From the NCBI GenBank assembly GCA_030583845.1, contig CP129478.1, forward strand, positions 513,835 to 577,834: DNA of 64,000 nucleotides, read 5' to 3'. Numbering within the stretch: position 1 is the stretch's first letter; the number at the start of each line of letters is the position of its first letter. The notes below the pieces were generated by a model. It was not told where the DNA came from and ran no database searches. It saw only the letters and a list, made by a program, of their open reading frames with translations. The stretch comes from Candidatus Dojkabacteria bacterium. GTDB taxonomy: Bacteria; Patescibacteriota; Dojkabacteria; SC72; JAHDCA01. This document shows positions 19,170 to 28,300 of the stretch, piece after piece. A program made the translations under genes and the position numbers.

Positions 19170-20000
19170 ATGAAGAAACTGATAATAATTTTGGGTCTTG
19201 TTTTCGGTCTGTTTTTCATCACAACAGTCGCAGCAGGAAGCTTTGCATATTTTAGATATTTTGTACCCGCACAGACTTTTGCACAGGGTACTGAAACTAT
19301 ACAGGAAGTAAGGCAGGCTGATGCTAATACTGTAATGGATATTAAGATGAAACTTATATCTATGGAGCCTGGATCAGAGGGTGAAACGATAACTCTTTCA
19401 ATGCATGTCGACATGGATATGCTGCTAGATACTGATAATGAGAAGCTTTACCTTAAAATGTTGATGGATGGTGAGTCTGCCTATAATGGCGAGGAAGGAA
19501 CTTTTCCTGAAACCAAAGTCGAGATGTATGTGATTGGCGAAGATCTTTACCTAGTCGACGCAGGCAAGGTTTCAACATTGGATCGTTCGATCTTGGGTGA
19601 AGATGAGGCCACAATTTTCGATTTCGAGACTACATGGCAAGAGATTACAGCAGAAACAATGTATGAATTTTTGGGCGAGGAGAAAGTCAATGGAATTGAT
19701 GCATATAAATATAGGGTTCCGATTGATGCAACTGCTCTCGAATCAATGTTTGAGCAGCTTAATAGCAGCTTATCCTCATTTACAAAAGAAGATATCAGCT
19801 TTGATGATGTATCAATCGATGAGATTAATTACTTTGTGTGGGTCTCTAAAGATGATGCAGAACCTCTAAGAGAGGATGTCGAGTTAAAAGGCTTCTCAGT
19901 CTCAATTCCAGGTATTGCAAAGTTTGAATACGAAGAGGTAGATGCGGTTACGTTATACAATAGCGTTAACAAGCCTGTTAAGATTGAAGCTCCAGAGTAG
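19170..20000 (+). CDS. secreted hypothetical protein
   Basis: N-terminal signal/TM (KKLIIILGLVFGLFFITTVAAG); acidic. Confidence 0.4.
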   Translation: MKKLIIILGLVFGLFFITTVAAGSFAYFRYFVPAQTFAQGTETIQEVRQADANTVMDIKMKLISMEPGSEGETITLSMHVDMDMLLDTDNEKLYLKMLMDGESAYNGEEGTFPETKVEMYVIGEDLYLVDAGKVSTLDRSILGEDEATIFDFETTWQEITAETMYEFLGEEKVNGIDAYKYRVPIDATALESMFEQLNSSLSSFTKEDISFDDVSIDEINYFVWVSKDDAEPLREDVELKGFSVSIPGIAKFEYEEVDAVTLYNSVNKPVKIEAPE

Positions 20001-20328
20001 TATAGGTAGTATTTGCACGTGAATATAGGAGGAGGTTAAACGCCTCCTCTTTTGATGATGGCTCGATTAACTCAATAGCTTCGACCTTCTGGCTATTGTA
20101 GGTAATCGCTGTGTTGAATTTAAATACGCCGACCCTACGTCCGTTCACTATGACCTCTCTTATGAGAGTAGTGTCTTTTAGAAGTTCTGGCTTTAGCTCG
20201 TCATACTCGAGACTTGAAGCTGTCTGATACGCGATATGGTCAATCTCCATATCAGAGACATCAATCCCCATATCTCTTAAGCCTGAAAATACCTTGTCTA
20301 GGAAACTTTGATACCCTGAGTAGATCAT
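19978..20328 (-). CDS. hypothetical protein
   Basis: 116 aa ORF. Confidence 0.35.
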   Translation of the reverse strand: MIYSGYQSFLDKVFSGLRDMGIDVSDMEIDHIAYQTASSLEYDELKPELLKDTTLIREVIVNGRRVGVFKFNTAITYNSQKVEAIELIEPSSKEEAFNLLLYSRANTTYTTLELQS

Positions 20329-20356
20329 CGTGGTGGCAGTTAAAAATTACTATGCA

Positions 20357-20385
20357 ACAGCCCCGCCTAAGCTAGGCGAGGCTGT
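20357..20385 (-). terminator. hairpin downstream of the HdeD-like gene (candidate terminator)
   Basis: 12-bp stem ACAGCCCCGCCT/AGGCGAGGCTGT with one mismatch and a 5-nt loop; the T-run on the minus strand is offset by about 8 nt, so the call is weak. Confidence 0.35.
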
Positions 20386-20398
20386 CACAATTAGAAAG

Positions 20399-20944
20399 CT
20401 ATTTCTTGCCCTTCTTAACTTCTCGCTTCAATTTGATAGAAGCAACGATTGAGAAGATACCTGCGAACAGTGCGGTCAAACCGATTACCCACATATATGC
20501 CACGCTTGTGACCAATGGGTGAACGACCAAGAGTGTACCGAAGAGTATATTTACAACACCAGCCAGAAGCAGTAGGAATCTGTTATCAACTTCTTTCTTG
20601 AATCTGAAGAAGTTAATGAAATCAACAATACCTGAAGCAATTGTCATAGCACCGAAGATTGTTACAACTGTGATGAATGTTACTTTAGTATAGTTAAATA
20701 CGAGCACACCACCTATAACTGCAAGCAATCCAAGCAGTACCATTAGGTACCAATGCTTATCTTTGCCGATACTGAAGAAACCCATAACGATACCAACGAT
20801 ACCGTCGATGAGTAGGAATAGTCCCATAAGGAGGACTATAGTGGCTAGGGAAATCCCTGGCCATGCGACTACGATCATACCGAAGATGACCGCGAGGAGG
20901 CCTCTAAAGAAAAGAAGACCTGGGGTTACTTTACCTTCCTGCAT
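20399..20944 (-). CDS. HdeD/DUF308-family membrane protein
   Basis: Six hydrophobic helices with GxxxG-rich repeats (GLLAVIFGMIVVAWPG, LIDGIVGIVMGF) typical of DUF308. Confidence 0.5.
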   Translation of the reverse strand: MQEGKVTPGLLFFRGLLAVIFGMIVVAWPGISLATIVLLMGLFLLIDGIVGIVMGFFSIGKDKHWYLMVLLGLLAVIGGVLVFNYTKVTFITVVTIFGAMTIASGIVDFINFFRFKKEVDNRFLLLLAGVVNILFGTLLVVHPLVTSVAYMWVIGLTALFAGIFSIVASIKLKREVKKGKK

Positions 20945-21042
20945 AGTGAGTTAATGATATATTTATTTTATCTGGCCTCGCGAATGCGAGTACCTATAAT
21001 AAATATATCATGGTTTGGTGGGGTTTGTCGATTATTTGGCCT

Positions 21043-21600
21043 TTAGTAACCAATCTCGGCTAGCTCTTCTGTGATTGCTTTGCGGCTTAGGTCTGGGTTA
21101 AGGCTGTGGATCAGATCATCGGTTAGCTCTGCATGATCGTAAATAGCCCGGATTGTGTCTAGGTTGAGATTTTTTTCATAATATCCGTCGGCCCACTGCT
21201 TGTATGCTTCGGGTCTCCCGTCGAGTATCTTCAAGATTCTCTCATCGACACCTCCCTGCGAATGCCACTCTGTTTCACTCTCTTTCTTCCAGAGGAAGAA
21301 AGTCGCGTTATTTATCTCAAAAGCCGGCTCGGTGAAGAAAGTTGGAAAGAGTGAGTTACCATCTTGTGGTATCTCGACGGTTGTTGGGTTCTCGTGGAGG
21401 AAGAATTTGCCTACCACCCCTGTATTAGTAAACAGTATATAGAATTCGTCTCCTGAACCGTTACGCATCGAGAACATTTCTTCGCCCTCTGCCCATTTTG
21501 AATTGTAGGAGTAGTAGCGTGACTCCCAGTTTGGAGAAATGATTGCTTCGAGTGTGGCGATTGATTTGGCGGTTTGTTTGAGGTTTGTGGCGATATTCAT
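21043..21600 (-). CDS. hypothetical protein
   Basis: 185 aa ORF. Confidence 0.4.
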   Translation of the reverse strand: MNIATNLKQTAKSIATLEAIISPNWESRYYSYNSKWAEGEEMFSMRNGSGDEFYILFTNTGVVGKFFLHENPTTVEIPQDGNSLFPTFFTEPAFEINNATFFLWKKESETEWHSQGGVDERILKILDGRPEAYKQWADGYYEKNLNLDTIRAIYDHAELTDDLIHSLNPDLSRKAITEELAEIGY

Positions 21601-22077
21601 AAACGATTATACTATAAACAATATATAAGATTAGTCCGACTACTTATGTCGCCAGAGCTGCAAGAAGCATTCTCTAAATTGGGCATCTCTAAAATACAGG
21701 CAGTTGGAGATAAAGTCATGATTCGAGGCAAAGAACACGAGATCAAGGTGCCACTTGCTGAGATCTTGGGAGGGCTAAAATCTATTCAAAAACAGTATTA
21801 CTATGATTACTTCCTTCTTAAAAGTCCGCAAGACTATTTCCACCTGAGGTTTCAACCAATCTTAGATCTGTCGGAGTATCCATGCACTGAGAAATTTCCT
21901 TATGTGGGCTTTGCGTTAAATCAATATGATTCCTATTTTGCAGTTAGACTTGATGATCCAAGTCCTGAAGACCCCAAGACTTATTTCATTGATCATGATG
22001 ATTTTGACGGGACTGAGCCACGGGATAAAGATGTGAGAATAAGTGAGTTCTTAAACTTGTTGATGGAATTGCCTTAA
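21574..22077 (+). CDS. hypothetical protein
   Basis: 167 aa ORF. Confidence 0.35.
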   Translation: MFEVCGDIHKRLYYKQYIRLVRLLMSPELQEAFSKLGISKIQAVGDKVMIRGKEHEIKVPLAEILGGLKSIQKQYYYDYFLLKSPQDYFHLRFQPILDLSEYPCTEKFPYVGFALNQYDSYFAVRLDDPSPEDPKTYFIDHDDFDGTEPRDKDVRISEFLNLLMELP

Positions 22078-22364
22078 TACCTTAGGAAATTCCTAGAGAA
22101 GACTTCTGATTCCTCCACACTAAACAATTTCAAGACCTTAAAGGTTATATCCGTATATTCTGCAGTTATTTCAAGCTTTAACACCACAACCTTCCCGATG
22201 TATTTATGGTCAGAATCGGAAAGCTCCATAGGCATCTTAATGGGTGTTATTCTGTATCCAGATTTTCTAATTGTATATACTTTGTCTATCTCCAGTGTCT
22301 CACTAAAGTCTTCGGGAAGAGAAAGTAATGCGTTTAAGTTGATAGGTGTTGACATAAGTTTCAT
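22074..22364 (-). CDS. hypothetical protein
   Basis: 96 aa ORF. Confidence 0.3.
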   Translation of the reverse strand: MKLMSTPINLNALLSLPEDFSETLEIDKVYTIRKSGYRITPIKMPMELSDSDHKYIGKVVVLKLEITAEYTDITFKVLKLFSVEESEVFSRNFLRY

Positions 22365-22380
22365 AAGTTAAGTTATAAGT

Positions 22381-22394
22381 GGAGAGGGAGGGAT
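22381..22394. repeat. 14-bp direct repeat of the tRNA-Ser 3-prime end (GGAGAGGGAGGGAT), second copy at 22544-22557
   Basis: Exact 14-mer read at both positions; att-like arrangement or tRNA remnant. Confidence 0.5.
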
Positions 22395-22507
22395 GACGCT
22401 CAGTCGTTACACTCCCTCGCTAGACACACAAGAAGAGATGATGCTCGTGTGTTCCGCCCCCTGTCTTGCTTCGCAAGCCATGAGGTTCTCATCCCGCCTC
22501 GTAGTAT

Positions 22508-22539
22508 TGTTTTAGTATTCAATATTGAATACTAAAACA
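22508..22539. repeat. 32-bp perfect palindrome TGTTTTAGTATTCAATATTGAATACTAAAACA adjoining the tRNA 3-prime end
   Basis: Direct reading; perfect dyad symmetry. Confidence 0.55.
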
Positions 22540-22542
22540 ATA

Positions 22543-22633
22543 CGGAGAGGGAGGGATTCGAACCCTCGGTGGGCTTTAAAAGGCCCACGCCTCGTTAGCA
22601 GTGAGGTACTTTCGACCACTCAGCCACCTCTCC
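22543..22633 (-). tRNA. tRNA-Ser (anticodon GCT)
   Basis: Reverse complement GGAGAGGTGGCTGAGTGGTCGAAAGTACCTCACTGCTAACGAGGCGTGGGCCTTTTAAAGCCCACCGAGGGTTCGAATCCCTCCCTCTCCG: 7-bp acceptor stem, long variable arm, T-loop TTCGAATCC. Confidence 0.85.
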
Positions 22634-22708
22634 ATACCTGCGTGATTATATCATAGGTAGGCAGCAAAATCGGCAAAATAGGCCGAATGTGTGCGAGATT
22701 TCATTAAA

Positions 22709-23581
22709 CTAGCCGTTTGGATGAGCAGCTTTATAGGCTTTGTACTCTCGAATGAAGATTGCGTAATCCCCGAGAGAGACCTTGTCGTCATCATTGAGGT
22801 CAGATCGTGCATTGCAATCTGTGAAGTTTTTGTTGCGGCACTCTCTATAATCTTGAAGGAATAGGGAATAATCGCTTAATGAAATCTTGCCATCCTGATT
22901 AAGGTCGCCAAGTAGGTCGCCTGGGTCCGGCGGTGGTGGATCTGGTTCTCCTTCGCCATCATTTACGGTTACGGTCGAGGATGCTCCTAGAATATCTTGC
23001 GCAGTGCCATTGTTATTGCGGACGATGTTAGAGTCGACTGTTGAGCCTGTGCTTGTAAATTCTGTCTTGATCTCATTCTCGCCTTCGGCTAGCACTGTAA
23101 AGCGCACTGTCGCAAGCAGCTGGTTAGATGTAATCGGTGGGGCTGTCTCGTTGTTTCGAAACCCTACCCAGCTAACTCTTACCGTGCCGTTGTTGTGGGT
23201 AATACCGCTATTGCCTTCGTACGGATATGTACCTGCAATTGCACCATTTGTGACTTGGGTCGCCTGTACTTTGGTTCGATCATACTTAATCACTGCGTCG
23301 ACGGCCATTGCGCTTCCACTATTGGCATTGTCAGGATTAACCCGAATCTCTACATTAAACTGCTCGCCATTATCAGCTGTGATAAGTGCAGGGGAGAGGT
23401 TTATGCTGCCGTTTGGGTTATCGGCGCTGCTCCTTGTGTCTTGTGTGTCATTGTTAATAACGACATAAACTGCGATACCTGTGAGCACCATTAATACTGG
23501 AATGATGGCGAGTGATTGTAGTCGCTTTTTATTCTTGTAATTCATTAAATAGATCTTAGACCATACGAAGGTGTGCCACAA
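22709..23581 (-). CDS. secreted protein with cohesin-like domain and C-terminal dockerin-like repeats
   Basis: N-terminal TM/signal; duplicated Ca-binding dockerin-like segments DLNQDGKISLSDYSLFLQ and DLNDDDKVSLGDYAIFIREY; central beta-rich domain resembling cohesin. Confidence 0.5.
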   Translation of the reverse strand: MWHTFVWSKIYLMNYKNKKRLQSLAIIPVLMVLTGIAVYVVINNDTQDTRSSADNPNGSINLSPALITADNGEQFNVEIRVNPDNANSGSAMAVDAVIKYDRTKVQATQVTNGAIAGTYPYEGNSGITHNNGTVRVSWVGFRNNETAPPITSNQLLATVRFTVLAEGENEIKTEFTSTGSTVDSNIVRNNNGTAQDILGASSTVTVNDGEGEPDPPPPDPGDLLGDLNQDGKISLSDYSLFLQDYRECRNKNFTDCNARSDLNDDDKVSLGDYAIFIREYKAYKAAHPNG

Positions 23582-23594
23582 GAGGCTTAAGCTG

Positions 23595-23648
23595 GGTCAG
23601 CCCGAAGTAGGGCGTCCCGGCTCCGGGATGCCCTACTTCGGGCTGACC
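23595..23648. repeat. 54-bp near-perfect palindrome (26-bp arms, one mismatch) combining GGTCAGCCC and GGGCGTCCCGG modules
   Basis: Left arm GGTCAGCCCGAAGTAGGGCGTCCCGG, right arm CCGGGATGCCCTACTTCGGGCTGACC; lies in a divergent intergenic region. Confidence 0.6.
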
Positions 23649-23739
23649 ATTTCCACTTTTCCAATTGACACGGCAATTCCGATGGCATAGCATAAAATTA
23701 AGGTGGAACGTTTGGGGATAAATTCATTAAATCAAGCCT

Positions 23740-24612
23740 GTGGAAAGATATTTAGGAGCACATGTTTCGGCGTCGGGAGGCTTGAAGAATGCTATAGCCA
23801 ACGGTTTAGAGCTTGAAGTAAATTCAATCCAGACAATGTTTTCTGCTCCGATGCGCTGGTCTACTAAGGATATCGATGAGAAGCAGATCGAAGAGTTCGC
23901 CGAAGCAGCCGCAAACTCAAATATTAAGAAAATCCTATTTCACGGAGTGTACCTGATTAATCTCGCTCGTGCCGAGAAGCAGATGTTTCATCTGAGTAAG
24001 CTTTCACTTTTAACCCACCTATCCGCTTCGGCAAAATTAGCTGAGGGCATCAAAGAGAGAGGCTCGGAGTGCGAGGTGTTAGGGGTAACATTCCACCCAG
24101 GCTCGGCTAAAGATCTGACTCCAGAAGAAGGGGTTAAGCGTATTTCATATGGTCTTAACTGGATTTTAGAGCAGCTAAAAGGTGGGATGATTCTGCTTGA
24201 ATCGTCGGCAGGATCTGGTCAGATTATGGGCGACACACTTGAAGAGCTAGTCGCGATGCGTGAAGGCGTTGAGGACAAGGCACGCGTCGGATATGTCTTA
24301 GATACGCAGCATATGTTTGTCTCTGGATACGACTGGCGTGATAATCTCGACGGGATAATTTCACAAATTGAATCCACAATCGGCCTCGAAAATGTAAAAG
24401 CCTTTCACCTAAACGACTCGATGAAACCTTTTGATTCTCATAAAGATCGTCACGCAAATCTTGGCGAGGGTGAGATAGGTAGTGAAGCTATTAAAAAGCT
24501 ACTATCCCATTCAAAGCTCGCAGACAAGCCATTCATACTTGAAACACCCAATTTAAAAAGCATGGCAACTGCTCGAAAGGAGGTGGCCGTATTGAAGTCG
24601 CTCGCACAGTAA
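23740..24612 (+). CDS. nfo: endonuclease IV (AP endonuclease family 2)
   Basis: HGVYLINLA, FHPGS, LDTQHMFVSGYD, KAFHLNDS, DRHANLGEGEIG metal-binding motifs. Confidence 0.85.
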   Translation: MERYLGAHVSASGGLKNAIANGLELEVNSIQTMFSAPMRWSTKDIDEKQIEEFAEAAANSNIKKILFHGVYLINLARAEKQMFHLSKLSLLTHLSASAKLAEGIKERGSECEVLGVTFHPGSAKDLTPEEGVKRISYGLNWILEQLKGGMILLESSAGSGQIMGDTLEELVAMREGVEDKARVGYVLDTQHMFVSGYDWRDNLDGIISQIESTIGLENVKAFHLNDSMKPFDSHKDRHANLGEGEIGSEAIKKLLSHSKLADKPFILETPNLKSMATARKEVAVLKSLAQ

Positions 24613-24644
24613 GCCGTTGAACCCGGCCAGGTCGAACCAAAAGT

Positions 24645-24668
24645 GCTCAGACCCGATCGGGTCTGAGC
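24645..24668. repeat. 24-bp perfect palindrome GCTCAGACCCGATCGGGTCTGAGC (identical copy at 63336-63359)
   Basis: Direct reading; exact second copy; related imperfect copy at 984-1053. Confidence 0.6.
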
Positions 24669-24716
24669 GACGATACCCGATCTTGTTACGAAGCCATTTC
24701 CAATGCGTATAAAGCA

Positions 24717-25346
24717 ATGAAATCAAATGCTCAAAGTGAAAAACATAAGAAAATTATGCGCAGGAAGTCACAAAAGCTATTCGAGAAATGTTACTTTGAT
24801 AACCGGAAAGCGGTATTTTTCTACATCTATCGAAAAGTAAACAAAAAGGAACTCGCTGAAGATCTCACGGCCGATGTGTTTGTGAAGTTAGCCGAGCATC
24901 CCGAAGTACTTCAAGATAGAGACGCCAACGGTGTTAAAGCTTGGCTCTTTACAGTATCAAGAAATAAAGTGATTGACCATTTCAGAAAGCTTGGCCGCAA
25001 TATGCAGCAGGTTGAAATGGAGGAGGAGATTTTTGAAATTGTAACTCAGGATGAGCCTGGCTACCTTGAAAGTCTTGCTAAAGATGAAGAGGTTCAGCTC
25101 ATGCTAGCTGTGGTTGAGGGACTTACCTCAGAAGAAAAAGAGATAATCACCCTGCGATTCCACGATGACCTCCAATTTGCAGAGATAGCCGAGACACTTG
25201 GTAAAAGCGAGGGCGCTGTAAAAATGACCTTATATAGAGCCTTGGAGAAAGTTAAAGCCAAGATGGAGTATAGAGATGAATCTGATGATCTGAATCTTGA
25301 GAGTCTGGTTAATGAAGATGACCAGGATCAGGATATAGATCAGTGA
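24717..25346 (+). CDS. ECF-type sigma-70 family RNA polymerase sigma factor
   Basis: Region 2 (FFYIYRKVNKKELAEDLTADVFVKL) and region 4 HTH (LQFAEIAETLGKSEGAVKMTLYRALEKV). Confidence 0.75.
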   Translation: MKSNAQSEKHKKIMRRKSQKLFEKCYFDNRKAVFFYIYRKVNKKELAEDLTADVFVKLAEHPEVLQDRDANGVKAWLFTVSRNKVIDHFRKLGRNMQQVEMEEEIFEIVTQDEPGYLESLAKDEEVQLMLAVVEGLTSEEKEIITLRFHDDLQFAEIAETLGKSEGAVKMTLYRALEKVKAKMEYRDESDDLNLESLVNEDDQDQDIDQ

Positions 25347-25378
25347 GTTCATTAAATAATTAATGTGGATCTTAAATA

Positions 25379-28300
25379 ATGAAAGATTTAATGAAAAAGT
25401 TCAAAAATAGATTAAACAGGAAGCAAGAGCAGAAGCCGGTTAACCCGGCTGCAGAAAGCACTCCAAAAATCAGCACTGATAAAGCCGCACATGATGCAGA
25501 TAAGGCCGACTTCTCAAAGTTCACTGAGATACAGGATCAGATTGGAGATATGTTTGCTCCTATAAGATCACTTGAAGAGAGTGTCGACATGAAGTCGCTC
25601 GATCTGCGACTGGCGCAGAAGCTTGCTGCTGATTCATCTAAGAAAGAGCTGTCGGAGTCAATCAAAGAGCAGGCAGGCAAGGATACATCAAAGCCGCGTA
25701 TTTTCTCAAAGGAGGCATTCGCTTGGGCAGGTGGAAGCATTGCATCGTTACTAGCACTCACGATTGCTGTAATCTTCATCGTCCCACAGCTCATGGGTGA
25801 AAGCTCGCCATCCGATCTAGCAAACTCACAGCCTATTCCTGCGGTTCGCCTGCAGCCTGCCAACATTACATCGTCTGGCTACATTGCGACTCAAAATAGC
25901 TTCACGCTCGAGACAGAGAGCGCCATTACTAGCAACCTCAACGATGCCATAAAAGTGACCCCAGAGGTACCCTTCACCGCTACAGCAGAGGCCGATGGGG
26001 ATGGGTCGAAAATTACAGTTGAGATCGAGGATGAGCTGGCACGTGGTGCTGAATATACAATCGCACTTGTTGATGGTGTCACATTCGCTGATGGCTCACA
26101 GCTGCGCAAAGATATCGAGTGGGTGTTCAGGGTAGAGCCACTATTTGCGGTCATTGGTAGTACTCCTAGAGATAAGGCCAAAGAGGTTCCTGTGGATACT
26201 ACAATTGAATTTGAATTCAACCATAAGAATATTAGCGCCGAAGAATTGGCCAAGCATGTGAAAATTGCACCAGAGCTAACTGGTCGGTATGAGCAGATCG
26301 GCATGAAAGTTGTCTTTATCCCAAATGATAATCTCGCTCCAAATCACCTTTATGATGTCACAGTAAGCGGTGAATTTGCAAACGGTGACGGTGAGAAATT
26401 AGGTGAGGATTATAAGTTTAGCTTTGATACTGGATCCACCGACTCAAAGGGCAAATATATCGAGAGTGATATGGTGTCGTTCGGTTGGATAAGTAAGCCA
26501 GTAGAGAACGTAACAAATGGTGTTGATGTAAATCTGCGAACTTCGGGTGACTCTGCTTATCCTATCACTGTAAAGCTTTACTCTGTACCAGCAGAGAGTG
26601 CAGTTACACACATCACCAACTTAACTGGGGAGATTACCTCATTGCCAGATGGTATTCAGCTTATAGAGCAGAAGCAGTTAAACATCGACGACCCAAGATA
26701 TGTCAAAGCTCTGCCTAATCGTGGATTCTATATTGTCTCCGCAACAAATAAAGCTGGCACAACCACTGCGTATAAGTATTATGTTAAAACCGACCTCGGT
26801 ATTATCGCTACACAGTCCGATGGAAACCATGGCTACGTCTACAATATGGTTAATGAGACTCCTGCCGCAGAGGTAAGCATGGATGTTTATGATAGCGGTA
26901 AGAAAGTAGGGAGTGCGAAAACAAATGGTGAGGGCTTCTATTCGACCGACACGGATGGGAATGTAGTGATCGGTAAAGCTGGCGAGAGCTGGATTGTATT
27001 TTCCAGCAACGAGGGATGGTTAGACTACCCTGCATATGAGGGGATGCATGGAGGCTCTATTTTTAACCGCAATCATACATATCCGACATATCTGAGCACA
27101 GACAGGCCTCTATACAAGCCTGGGGATACAGTCAACTTCAGCGGGATCGTCCGAGAACAGTCGGGTGACACGCTCGCAATCCCGCAACCTCTCACTGTGA
27201 GGGTGGTTGCCGATGAAGCATACAGCTACATGTTTGATAGTGAGAATATTGGAGCAAGCACTCTACCAATCTTTGAAGGTGAATTCAAAACCACAAATGA
27301 ATTCGGAGTTGTTAATGGTAGCTTCACAATCCCTTATACACAGCAGCAAGCATATGTTGGAATTAGGATGTATGTAGAAGATGAGCAGATTGCAAGCACA
27401 GTTATTGATGTCTCTGAATACAGCAAGCCTGATCAGCAGTTTGTGGTGGAGTTTGAGAAACCAAAGTATTTCGCAGGCGAGCCAATCAAGGCTGTGGTTA
27501 CAGGTACCGACTATTCGGGCCAACCGCTCGCAGGCAAGACAGCAAGGCTGCGCCTCTACAAGGGCAATCCTTCGCCTACAATGATGCAATCAGATCATTA
27601 TGAGCAGTACGGATATATCGCATCACAGTTAGTTGAGGAAAAAAATGTGACATTAGATCAAGCTGGTAGGTACAGTTACAGTTTCACACATTTGAGGAAC
27701 AATGGTGACATGAACTTTACGGCATATCGAGTCGCACTTGTTACCGCTGATGCTGAGTATCAAGTGCTTTCACACAGCAGCGCTTTAGTCTCCGACTATG
27801 ACTACGATATTGAGATGACCACAGATTCAACTTCTATCTCAGTAGATGAAGGTCAAACTAAAGATGTAACTTTGAATTTCAAGTCGAAGAAGGTGTGGTC
27901 AGGAGATCCAATCGGCAACAAGTCATTTAATATCGCTGTAACAAGGCGCTGGACCGAATGGGTAGACACCGGCGAGGAGGAATACAATGAATACACAAAG
28001 AGCCATGTGCCTGTTTATAGGACTATTCAGCACACTGAAACTGTTCCTGGCTATGACCAGAGATATACAACTGATGGAAATGGCAATGTAAGCGTAGAAC
28101 TTAAAGATCTGAAGCACGGAAGCTACAGCATCGAGGTTAAATTCGAGCAGGCAGTAAAGGATTATGCGTATAACTTCTACATTTCCGAGTTGAGCAACGA
28201 AAGAAGGCAATATTACAACAATATTGAAGTTACACCGTCTGTCCTGCGAGCTAAGCCAGGAGAGAAGGTTAAAGTAGACATCTCAGTGCTCTCAGGAGGG

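Noticed and set aside
22395-22540. Possible second tRNA or tRNA pseudogene between the direct repeats
   Set aside because: Only the 14-nt 3-prime-end match is present; no T-loop GGTTCGAATCC or cloverleaf can be drawn; treated as repeat/remnant instead
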